A stretch of DNA of 34,777 bases from Clostridia bacterium (GTDB lineage Bacteria; Bacillota; Clostridia; Oscillospirales; Acutalibacteraceae), in contig JAFRZS010000042.1 in NCBI GenBank assembly GCA_017442445.1, forward strand, positions 1 through 34,777, written 5' to 3'. The position numbers were made by a program, and so were the translations under genes. Shown one piece after another: positions 16,321 through 24,998 of this stretch (within the stretch, counting starts at the first letter, position 1; each line of letters begins with the position of its first letter). The notes under the pieces were generated by a model. That model was not told the DNA's origin. It ran no database searches and saw nothing but the letters and a program-made list of their open reading frames with translations.

Positions 16321-16349
16321 TTCACTTTACGGCGGTGAGAAAATGCGTT
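16311..16349 (-). terminator. hairpin downstream of the MFS gene
   Basis: AACGCATTTTTTCAC / GTGAGAAAATGCGTT, a 15-bp stem with one mismatch and a 9-nt loop. The trailing U-run on the minus strand is weak. Confidence 0.55.
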
Positions 16350-16355
16350 ATTTGC

Positions 16356-17612
16356 TTATAACATATTTTTGTTTTTTATGAATGTTTTTCTTGTGTAGAT
16401 AATTGCAATAATTATAAGAGTAAAGCTTATAAATGAAAACAATTGCTGTCCGTAGATATTAAAGCCTAAGAAAGTATTGCCGTTATTCTGAATGTGAGCA
16501 AGTAACGGACTGGTTGCTATTGTTGTAAGTGAACCGAGGGCTCCTGAAAACGCCTGACATACAGCAAGTGAATTTGCTCGTTTGTCGGGGTCTGCATAAT
16601 CGAAAACAAGATTCATTGTACCGCTGCTGATACCGCCCATTGAAATGTAATGGAAAATATAATAAAGCAAAACCATAATTTTTCCGTTACTCGGAGTTGC
16701 AAACATAAAGCACAAAAAGCTGAGTCCGAAGAAAATGAAACACTTTTCCATCATAACAGCAAATGAATGTCTGTCGGCGTATCTGCCCCAGAAACGAGAA
16801 ACGAACATACGGACAAAGCTTCCGACAATATGAACGATGGAAATAAATTTCAGACTGAAACCAAGCTCACTTATCTGATATGTTCCGTAAAAGGATGTCG
16901 AGAAATTTGAAACATGATAAAGAATTAAAACAAACGCAACCTTCAGAACATTTTTATTTGAAAAGGTATCACGGATAGTGGTAGAAAGCTTTTGTTTGTC
17001 AGGCTGAGGAATGTCGGGCTCAACGGTGAGAAACATTGATATTGTATGAAGTATCATTATTACAAAAATGACAACAGCGGATATAATAAATGCGGTTTTT
17101 ATTTCACCCTTTTGAGCGTAAGCGTCAATCACCGCACTCATAGTGAACTGGAATATCATACCGACCAGAAGGGAAATGATTTCCTTGTTGGCAGTAAATC
17201 TGCCTCTTTCGTTATCTTGAACCAAGGACATCATCCATGTCAGTTTTTTCGGATGAGCTGTATAGTAAACGATATAGGCTGTAAAGATTGCAATTATAAA
17301 CAGTGCGCCTTTAAAAGGCTTGTTAGAAAATGAAAGCGGAATAACATACAATGACAAAAACAGAAGCTGATTTATAATACTCAGGACAATAACAAAATTT
17401 TTCATTTTCTTTCTTTGAATGAACATTGAAAAAAGCTGAAAAAGAGCACCGAGTGAAATGAATGAAGTTACGATACCCGTAACGCTGTCGGATATACCTA
17501 AATTTTTTGTAAGCGTTGCAAGAAAAGATGTGCCGACTAAAATTGATATTAAATATTCAAGCGCCGCTTCCGCATTATACATCGCACGGCTGAGCTTTAA
17601 TTTTTTATCCAT
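16356..17612 (-). CDS. MFS-type transporter (418 aa, about 12 TM)
   Basis: Hydrophobicity pattern of 6+6 helices with a central loop (TVEPDIPQPDKQKLSTTIRD). GAGGTG RBS. Divergent from the hydrolase operon. Confidence 0.85.
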   Translation of the reverse strand: MDKKLKLSRAMYNAEAALEYLISILVGTSFLATLTKNLGISDSVTGIVTSFISLGALFQLFSMFIQRKKMKNFVIVLSIINQLLFLSLYVIPLSFSNKPFKGALFIIAIFTAYIVYYTAHPKKLTWMMSLVQDNERGRFTANKEIISLLVGMIFQFTMSAVIDAYAQKGEIKTAFIISAVVIFVIMILHTISMFLTVEPDIPQPDKQKLSTTIRDTFSNKNVLKVAFVLILYHVSNFSTSFYGTYQISELGFSLKFISIVHIVGSFVRMFVSRFWGRYADRHSFAVMMEKCFIFFGLSFLCFMFATPSNGKIMVLLYYIFHYISMGGISSGTMNLVFDYADPDKRANSLAVCQAFSGALGSLTTIATSPLLAHIQNNGNTFLGFNIYGQQLFSFISFTLIIIAIIYTRKTFIKNKNML

Positions 17613-17634
17613 TGTTTCACCTCAAATCCTTAAG

Positions 17635-17663
17635 ATAATATCATCAATATAAAATAATTGCAA
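17635..17663 (-). promoter_or_regulatory. sigmaA promoter for the MFS gene
   Basis: On the minus strand: TTGCAA (17663-17658), 17-nt spacer ending in TGa, TATTAT (17640-17635). Confidence 0.5.
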
Positions 17664-17715
17664 TATTTTTTTGAATTTTGCAGATACTATTTTTAAAAAG
17701 CAAAGGAGAAAGAAC

Positions 17716-18150
17716 ATGATAGAACAAGATACAATAAAATTATTACGCGAATGTGATGCGGGAGTTAAGATGGGAGTATCCTCAATTGATGATGTTCTGA
17801 AATATGTAAAGAGTGAGGCGTACAGAAATTTTCTTCTTGACTGCAAAAAGGAACATGAACAATTAGACCGCGAAATTCAGGAACAGCTTGACAAATTTAA
17901 TGACGAAGGCAAAAATCCTAATCCGATGGCAAAGGGAATGTCCTGGATGAAAACCAATATCAAAATAACATTAGATGCTTCAGACAGCACGATTGCAGAT
18001 TTGATGACAGACGGTTGCAACATGGGAGTAAAATCGTTAAACAGATATCTCAATGAGTATAAAGCGGCTGATGAGTTTTCAAAAGACATTTGCAAAAGGC
18101 TTATAAATCTTGAAGAAAAACTGACAATTCAGTCAAGAAAATTTTTATAA
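17716..18150 (+). CDS. hypothetical all-helical cytoplasmic protein (144 aa)
   Basis: AAAGGAGA RBS precedes ATG 17716; the track start at 17671 has no RBS. The sequence is helix-rich and charged, with no recognisable motif. Confidence 0.7.
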   Translation: MIEQDTIKLLRECDAGVKMGVSSIDDVLKYVKSEAYRNFLLDCKKEHEQLDREIQEQLDKFNDEGKNPNPMAKGMSWMKTNIKITLDASDSTIADLMTDGCNMGVKSLNRYLNEYKAADEFSKDICKRLINLEEKLTIQSRKFL

Positions 18151-18156
18151 ATACAG

Positions 18157-18185
18157 TTCACATATCGCCTGTTTTGTGCTACAAT
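18157..18185 (+). promoter_or_regulatory. sigmaA promoter for the hydrolase operon
   Basis: TTCACA (18157-18162), 17-nt spacer, TGc-TACAAT extended -10 (18177-18185). It is bracketed by the inverted repeat CCTGTTTTGT / ACAAAAACAGG. Confidence 0.5.
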
Positions 18186-18218
18186 TACACTAATAGTACA
18201 AAAACAGGTGGTTTTATT

Positions 18219-19787
18219 ATGAGCAATTTCTTCTCTAAGTACGAATATCTTGAATCTGCAGGAAATGAAATTTTTACAATCATATTTCGACCGACGGAAG
18301 AAGGAAAATTTCCGACAGTAATTTTCCGCAGTCCTTATGTCTGGGAATATGAAAAAAAGACAGAGGAAGAGGTACTTGAAATTTATAAAAAGGAATATAC
18401 TCCGTGGGTTGAAAGAGGTTACGCAGTAATCTGTCAGCACTGCAGAGGTACAGGAAAAAGCAAGGGAGATTTTTTACCGTTCATCTGTGACAGAGAAGAC
18501 GGACTCAATGTTCAGGAGTGGGTAAGACATCAGAGCTTTTACAACGGTGAAATTTATCTTGTTGGCGGCAGTTATACAGCTTGTGTTCATTTTGAAACAG
18601 CACCGTTTGCTGATGACATCAAAGGCGTTATTACAACCGTTCACGACAGTGACAGATATAATTTCAGCTTCCGCAACGGAAACTTCAAAAAGAATTTATT
18701 GGGCTGCTGGTATGTTGACTTTTACAAGGCAAAATCGGGAATGAAAAAGAATAAATCTCCCGATATGTTTGAAATGGTACCCCTTAAAGATTTTACGGAA
18801 ACAGTATTTGGTGAGAAGAATGAAGGTCTGGGTGAATTTTTCAGAAATCCCGATCCGAAAAGTGATTTCTGGGAAACACAGCTCGGCGGTAAATATCCGA
18901 AACACGCACTTGAAAATATAGATATTCCTGTTCTTATAACGACTGCGTTTTACGATATTTTTGCAGGCGGAGTTTTTGATATGTGGTATAACATGGACGA
19001 AAGAGCAAAGAAAAAATCTGCGCTGATCGTAACTCCTTATAACCATGGTGACGGATATGATGAAAATACCGTTAAATTTGAAAACGGAGCAAGAATTGAA
19101 AAATTCGGTGAACACTACTTAATTGATTGGATAGATTATGTAAGAGGCAAAAAAGAACCTTATGTTCCTCTCGGCAAGGTTACATATTACAGAGCATTTG
19201 AAAACGGCTGGACAACAGACGATTTTGATTTTGCTACAGGCAGAATGGATATTACAATTGGCGACAAGGATGTAACATATAAATATGACCCCGATAATGC
19301 ACCGTCATTCCTCGGCGGATTATCCTGCGGCTTCGGCGGATCGGTTTTTCAGGAAGAACCTTATAAGAGAGATGATATCGTAACTGTTTATACAGAGCCT
19401 TTCTCGGAAGATGTTTTCGTAAAAGGTAAAATGTCGGCAAAGCTCAAAGTAAAATCCGATTGCGAGGACACAGCATTTTATATAAGATTAAGCCTTACAA
19501 AAGACGGCAGAGATTTAGGAATAAGAGATGATATAACTTCTCTGTGCTTCCAGTTGGGTGACTATGAACCGAACAGCGAAGTGACACTTGATTTTACATT
19601 TGATGAACACGCATTCGCAATTAAAAAAGGTGAGAAGCTGAGAATTGATATTTCTTCAGCTGACAAAGAGCATTACATTCCGCACACAAACACAAAGGGC
19701 GCATTACACGAGCGCAATTCAAAGAAAATTGCAAACAATACGGTATATTTAAGCGAGTCTGTTCTGACTTTACCGATAGAAGAATAA
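18219..19787 (+). CDS. CocE/NonD family (peptidase S15 / COG2936 acyl-esterase) alpha/beta hydrolase, paralog 1
   Basis: Family pattern: short N-terminus, then FPTVIFRSPY (oxyanion Tyr), GYAVICQHCRG..S.G, nucleophile elbow GGSYTA, YDIF Asp, PYNHGD His. The C-terminal PepX_C-like jelly roll carries VKGKMSAKLKVKSDCEDTAFYIRL...GEKLRIDISSAD. AGGTGG RBS precedes ATG 18219. Confidence 0.9.
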   Translation: MSNFFSKYEYLESAGNEIFTIIFRPTEEGKFPTVIFRSPYVWEYEKKTEEEVLEIYKKEYTPWVERGYAVICQHCRGTGKSKGDFLPFICDREDGLNVQEWVRHQSFYNGEIYLVGGSYTACVHFETAPFADDIKGVITTVHDSDRYNFSFRNGNFKKNLLGCWYVDFYKAKSGMKKNKSPDMFEMVPLKDFTETVFGEKNEGLGEFFRNPDPKSDFWETQLGGKYPKHALENIDIPVLITTAFYDIFAGGVFDMWYNMDERAKKKSALIVTPYNHGDGYDENTVKFENGARIEKFGEHYLIDWIDYVRGKKEPYVPLGKVTYYRAFENGWTTDDFDFATGRMDITIGDKDVTYKYDPDNAPSFLGGLSCGFGGSVFQEEPYKRDDIVTVYTEPFSEDVFVKGKMSAKLKVKSDCEDTAFYIRLSLTKDGRDLGIRDDITSLCFQLGDYEPNSEVTLDFTFDEHAFAIKKGEKLRIDISSADKEHYIPHTNTKGALHERNSKKIANNTVYLSESVLTLPIEE

Positions 19788-19808
19788 AAAGAAATTGGTG
19801 GTATTATT

Positions 19809-21440
19809 ATGAAAAATTCTCAGGAAATTTACATTACCGATAAAGCGATGAACAGCAGTGACTGTAATATCGTCAAGAAAGATTTTTCTGTAACTTATGA
19901 GTATTTGGAGTCAGAAGGGTACAGGCTTTTCACAGCAATACTCAAGCCTTCAGAGGAAGGGAAATTTCCTACGGTTATCATGCGCAATCCGTATCTTGAA
20001 ATGTATGAAAACTCAACCGAACAGGAAGTACTTGACGTATATCGCAAAGACTATGAACACTGGATAAACAGAGGCTATGCCGTAGTTTATCAGCACTGCA
20101 GAGGTGAGGGCAAAAGTGAAGGAGAGTTCATTCCGTTTATTTATGAAAATACAGACGGCAGAAATCTTCAGGAATGGATAAGACATCAGAACTTCTATAA
20201 CGGAGAAATGTATCTTGTCGGCGGAAGCTACACCAATATCGTTCATGTTGAAACCGCACCGTTTGCAGATGATATCAAGGGTATAATTATTTCTGTAAAT
20301 GACTGCAACAGATATAATATGATTTACAGAAACGGTGTGTTTAAAAGAGGTCTTTTCGGCGGCTGGTATATTGATATGTACAAGTCAAAGTCACACATGA
20401 AGAAAAACAGAAGTGACAAGATGTTTGAAATAGTACCGTTCAAAGATTTACCTGAAACAGTGTTCGGTGAAAAAGATGAATATATGTTGCAGTTTATAAA
20501 AAATCCCGACCCGAAAAGTGATTTCTGGAATACAATGCTCGGCGGAGTTCATATAAAAGAAGCGGTCAGAAATGAAAATGTTCCCGTATTGCTTCACACA
20601 GCATTCAATGACATTTTCCTTGGCGGAAATTTTGATATGTGGGACAGCCTGACAGATACTTTAAAAGCGAAATCAGCATTTCTTTTGTCGCCCTATGACC
20701 ACGGAGATGTATGCTCCGAGTTCGGATATCATTTTGAAAACGGTACCTGCAAAGAACAGTTCGGTAACGATTTCCAGATAGATTGGATTGACTATTTAAG
20801 AGGCAAGAGAGAAGCTCCGTTTGAACCGGGCAAGGTTACATATTTCAGATCATTTGAAAACGGCTGGACTACCGATGAATTTGAAAGAGGAAAAAATAAA
20901 ATTGATATCACAGTCGGAGAAGGCGAAGCTTCATACAAATATGACCCCGATAATGCACCCAGCTTTGCAGGAGGATTGTCGTGTAATTTCGGAGGCTCAC
21001 TTTATCAGAAGGAGCCTTATCAGAGAGATGACATAATTACCGTCTATACAGATGAATTTTCAGAAGATGTTTTTGTAAAAGGTAAAATGAAAGCAAAACT
21101 CAAAGTAAAATCAGACTGCGAGGATACAGCATTTTATGTCAGAATCAGCCTTACAAAAGACGGTAGGGATTTAGGTATCAGAGATGATATAAGAACTTTG
21201 TGCTTTGAACTCGGTGATTATGAACCGAACAGTGAAGTCACACTTGACTTTACATTTGATGACCACGCTTTCCTTATCAGGAAAGGTGAAAAATTAAGAA
21301 TCGATATAACATCGGCAGACAGAATTCATTATGTGCCGCACACAAATACAAAAGGTCCGTACTATGAATGCACTCAAAAGAAAATTGCGAATAATACGGT
21401 ATATCTTTCAGAATCGGTTTTAACATTACCGACAGAATAA
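19809..21440 (+). CDS. CocE/NonD family alpha/beta hydrolase, paralog 2 (about 24-aa N-terminal extension)
   Basis: Same motif set (MRNPY, GGSYTN, NDIF, PYDHGD, PepX_C-like C-terminus). GGTGG RBS. 21-nt gap from paralog 1. Confidence 0.9.
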   Translation: MKNSQEIYITDKAMNSSDCNIVKKDFSVTYEYLESEGYRLFTAILKPSEEGKFPTVIMRNPYLEMYENSTEQEVLDVYRKDYEHWINRGYAVVYQHCRGEGKSEGEFIPFIYENTDGRNLQEWIRHQNFYNGEMYLVGGSYTNIVHVETAPFADDIKGIIISVNDCNRYNMIYRNGVFKRGLFGGWYIDMYKSKSHMKKNRSDKMFEIVPFKDLPETVFGEKDEYMLQFIKNPDPKSDFWNTMLGGVHIKEAVRNENVPVLLHTAFNDIFLGGNFDMWDSLTDTLKAKSAFLLSPYDHGDVCSEFGYHFENGTCKEQFGNDFQIDWIDYLRGKREAPFEPGKVTYFRSFENGWTTDEFERGKNKIDITVGEGEASYKYDPDNAPSFAGGLSCNFGGSLYQKEPYQRDDIITVYTDEFSEDVFVKGKMKAKLKVKSDCEDTAFYVRISLTKDGRDLGIRDDIRTLCFELGDYEPNSEVTLDFTFDDHAFLIRKGEKLRIDITSADRIHYVPHTNTKGPYYECTQKKIANNTVYLSESVLTLPTE

Positions 21441-21453
21441 TAAAGGTGATTTT

Positions 21454-23028
21454 ATGAGTGAATTTTTCTCGGAATACAAGTATCTTGAATCATCAGGCGG
21501 AGGACTTTTTACGGTGATATTAAAGCCGTCAGTACAGGGTAAATTTCCGACTGCAATTTTCAGGAATCCGTATGTTCAGCTGTTTGAAAAAACCGAAGAA
21601 GATGAGATAGTAAAGCTTTATCTCAAAGAGATGACACCGTGGCTTGAAAACGGATATGCCGTTGTAATGCAACACTGCAGAGGTCAGGGAAAAAGCGAGG
21701 GAGATTTTATTCCCTTTACATACGAAAGAGAAGACGGACTCAATCTTCAGAAATGGGTAAGACAACAGCCGTTTTATAACGGAGAAATTTTCCTTGTGGG
21801 TATCAGCTATACAAGTCTTGTGCATTGTGATACCGCACCTTATGCCGACGACATAAAAGCGATGATTTCTTCCGTTCACGATTGCAACAGATATAATTTT
21901 GTTTACCGTAACGGCGTATTTAAAAACGGACTTTTCGGTGAGTGGTATTCAAAAAATTATAAAGCGAAAACAATCAAAAAAAGAAACTACAATCCTGACA
22001 CATCATTTAAGGTTTTACCGTTTAAAAATTTTTCAGAAGCTGTTGTGGGTGAAGACAGTGAACTCTTTACAACTATATTGACAGCGTCCGACCCCGACCA
22101 CGAATTCTGGTCAACTCTGCAAGGCGGAAAATATACAAGAACTGCGGTCAGGGATATAAATGTTCCGGTGTTGCTGACAACGGGCTTCAATGATATTTTT
22201 GTCGGTGGAATTTTTGAGATGTGGAGAAACATCAGAAACAAAGACGCTAAAGAAAAGAGTGCTCTTGTTGTATCTCCGTATGACCATGTTGATGATTTCA
22301 GTAAGGATAATTCTATCTGCTTTGAAAACGGAAAACGCGGAGAACAATTCGGTTGGAGTTATGAAATTGATTGGTTGAATTATGTAAGAGGACTTCGTCC
22401 CTCTCCGTTTGAAAACGGTAAGGTTACCTATTACAGAATGTTTGAAAATAAATGGGCAACTGATAATTTTGAATACGGAAAAAAGAATGTGAATATCACT
22501 CTTGGTGATAAAGAAGTTACATATAAATATGACCCTGAAAATGCGCCGTCATTTCTCGGCGGATTGTCCTGTAATTTCGGTGGCGGAATGTTTCAGAATA
22601 AACCGTATCAGAGAGATGATGTAATTACAGTTTATACGGATAAGTTTTCGGAAGACACCTTTGTGAAGGGTAAAATGAAAGCAAAGCTTAAAGTAAAATC
22701 CGATTGCGAGGATACTGCATTTTATATCCGTATAAGTATCGCAAACGGAGAAAAAGATTTCGGAATAAGAGATGATATAAAAACATTGTGCTTTGAATTA
22801 GGTGACTATGTTCCGGATACGGAAGTATTCCTTGATTTCACCTTTGATGAACACGCATTTCTTGTTAAAAAGGGTGAGAAATTAAGGATAGATATTGCTT
22901 CTGCAAATGATCTTTATTTTCTCAATCACACGAATTTCAAAGGTGCTTATTACGAACAGACAAAAACAAAAACCGCAAATAATACAGTATATCTTTCAGA
23001 GTCGGTTTTAACATTACCGACAGAATAA
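21454..23028 (+). CDS. CocE/NonD family alpha/beta hydrolase, paralog 3
   Basis: Same motif set (FRNPY, GISYTS, NDIF, PYDHVD, PepX_C-like C-terminus). AAGGTGA RBS. 13-nt gap from paralog 2. Confidence 0.9.
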   Translation: MSEFFSEYKYLESSGGGLFTVILKPSVQGKFPTAIFRNPYVQLFEKTEEDEIVKLYLKEMTPWLENGYAVVMQHCRGQGKSEGDFIPFTYEREDGLNLQKWVRQQPFYNGEIFLVGISYTSLVHCDTAPYADDIKAMISSVHDCNRYNFVYRNGVFKNGLFGEWYSKNYKAKTIKKRNYNPDTSFKVLPFKNFSEAVVGEDSELFTTILTASDPDHEFWSTLQGGKYTRTAVRDINVPVLLTTGFNDIFVGGIFEMWRNIRNKDAKEKSALVVSPYDHVDDFSKDNSICFENGKRGEQFGWSYEIDWLNYVRGLRPSPFENGKVTYYRMFENKWATDNFEYGKKNVNITLGDKEVTYKYDPENAPSFLGGLSCNFGGGMFQNKPYQRDDVITVYTDKFSEDTFVKGKMKAKLKVKSDCEDTAFYIRISIANGEKDFGIRDDIKTLCFELGDYVPDTEVFLDFTFDEHAFLVKKGEKLRIDIASANDLYFLNHTNFKGAYYEQTKTKTANNTVYLSESVLTLPTE

Positions 23029-23043
23029 AGCGAGGTTTTTATA

Positions 23044-24984
23044 ATGAGAAAACGCCAGGTACATCTTGATTTTCATACCAACGAGCTTTTGCCCGTGGGA
23101 GAAAAATTTTCAAAAGAACAGTTCAAGGAAGCTTTAAAGGCAGGTCATGTTAATTCAATAACTGTTTTTTCAAAGTGTCACCACGGATGGTCATATCATC
23201 CGACCGAGGTCAACGAAATGCACCCGACACTTAAATTTGATTTGCTCGGAGCACAGCTTGAGGCTTGTAAAGAGGCGGGGGTAAATGCACCTGTTTATAT
23301 CTCCGCAGGTCTTGATGAAAAAGAATACAGAAGACACCCCGAATGGCATTGGGTAAGTCCCGAAGAAGGCAGATACGAAAGACATCTGAAGGAAGTGCGT
23401 TTTCATTTCCTTTGCTTTAATACAGGATATCTTGATTTGTTGTGCAGACAGATTGAGGAGGTTATGCAGAAATATAATCCCTGTGGAATTTTTCTTGATA
23501 TTATAGCAGCAAGGGAGTGCTGCTGCGAAAGCTGTAAAGCTGATATGAAAAAATTGGGACTTGATGTAAACGATAAAGAGGACCGTAAAAAGTTTTCATA
23601 TACCGTACTTGAAAAATATCTCAATGCCGCCAATGCTTCTGTCAGAAAATACAGCAGTACAACAACAATTTTTCACAACACGGGACATATTCCCAAGGGC
23701 GATTATGATTTCATAGAAAAGAATACTCACCTTGAGCTTGAAAGTTTACCCACAGGCGGTTGGGGTTATGACCATTTCCCGCTGTCAGCCGCATATGCCA
23801 GAACTCTCAAAGATACTGAGTTCTTAGGCATGACAGGTAAATTTCATCAGGGTTGGGGAGAATTCGGCGGCTATAAGCACCCCAACGCACTGATTTATGA
23901 AACCTCTCTGAGTATTGCAAACGGCGCAGGTTGTTCAATCGGTGATCAGATGCACTCCTTGGGTGAAATGAATATGGCAACATATAATCTTATCGGAAAG
24001 GCATATTCTGTTGTAGAAGAAAAAGAGCCTTGGATTGACGGTGCTGTAAATGTTGCGGATATCGCTGTTTTAAGTCAGGAATCTGTAACAGGTAACCGTG
24101 ATTCTATGGGTGATGTCGGTGCAAACAGAATGTTGCTTGAAAATAATTATCTCTATAATTTCATTGACAAGAGAGCGGATTTTTCAAAATACAGGCTTCT
24201 GATTTTACCCGATGTATCAGACTTTGATGACGAAACAACCGAAAAAATTATAAGCTATGCAAAGTCAGGCGGTAAGATTATAGCGAGTGGCAAATCTCTC
24301 ATAAAAGAAGGAAAATTCATCCTTGATATCGGAGCAGAATTTAAGGGTGAAAATGAATTTAATCCCACATATTTAATTCCCTGTTACGAAACAGTAAACG
24401 GCGTAACAGAATATATAATGCGCTGTGATTTTAATAAATTTGAAGCAAGAGATTGTGAAGTTGTAGCAAAAATGCAGAATCCTTATTTTAACAGGACACT
24501 TGAACATTTCTGTTCACATATGCACGCACCGAACAATCCGGATGAAACCTTCCCTGCCACAGTAATTAAGAACAATATTGCATACATTGGCTGGAATATT
24601 TTTGAAGCGTATGCTGAGCTCGGTCACCTTTGCTTTAAAGAACTTTTCACATATATCATCAAAAGATTGATGGGCGACGAAACAACTGTTATAGCATCGG
24701 TACCCGATAAAGCTGTTGTGACTTATACAAGACAGGAAAAGGAAAAGAGAAATATTCTCCACCTTCTCTATGCGCACACAACACTAAGAGGAAAAAATAC
24801 AGAGGTTATTGAAGATACAGTACCTCTTTACAATGTAAAATGCAGTGTAAAATGTTTGTCAAAGCCTTCAGAAATAATGCTTGTACCTCAGAATCAGAAA
24901 ATTGAATTTGAGTACAACTCAGGCAGAGCGGAATTTGTTGTGCCTTGTGTGGAAATTCATCAGATGATAGAAATAAATGACTGA
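23044..24984 (+). CDS. GHL6-type putative glycoside hydrolase (TIM barrel plus GH42-like trimerisation-type domain), uncharacterised family
   Basis: The N-terminus RQVHLDFHTNE...VNSITVFSKCHHGWSYHPT matches my recollection of the 'hypothetical glycosyl hydrolase 6' signature. 646 aa, no signal peptide, 15-nt gap from paralog 3. Confidence 0.7.
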   Translation: MRKRQVHLDFHTNELLPVGEKFSKEQFKEALKAGHVNSITVFSKCHHGWSYHPTEVNEMHPTLKFDLLGAQLEACKEAGVNAPVYISAGLDEKEYRRHPEWHWVSPEEGRYERHLKEVRFHFLCFNTGYLDLLCRQIEEVMQKYNPCGIFLDIIAARECCCESCKADMKKLGLDVNDKEDRKKFSYTVLEKYLNAANASVRKYSSTTTIFHNTGHIPKGDYDFIEKNTHLELESLPTGGWGYDHFPLSAAYARTLKDTEFLGMTGKFHQGWGEFGGYKHPNALIYETSLSIANGAGCSIGDQMHSLGEMNMATYNLIGKAYSVVEEKEPWIDGAVNVADIAVLSQESVTGNRDSMGDVGANRMLLENNYLYNFIDKRADFSKYRLLILPDVSDFDDETTEKIISYAKSGGKIIASGKSLIKEGKFILDIGAEFKGENEFNPTYLIPCYETVNGVTEYIMRCDFNKFEARDCEVVAKMQNPYFNRTLEHFCSHMHAPNNPDETFPATVIKNNIAYIGWNIFEAYAELGHLCFKELFTYIIKRLMGDETTVIASVPDKAVVTYTRQEKEKRNILHLLYAHTTLRGKNTEVIEDTVPLYNVKCSVKCLSKPSEIMLVPQNQKIEFEYNSGRAEFVVPCVEIHQMIEIND

Positions 24985-24998
24985 CAGGAGAAAAAACA

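Noticed and set aside
18696-19115. Antisense or shadow ORFs inside long genes (e.g. 18696-19115, 21529-21879, 27785-28162, 33249-33671, 8926-9294)
   Set aside because: They sit entirely within confidently identified genes on the opposite strand or in another frame. They lack RBSs and have compositionally odd translations.
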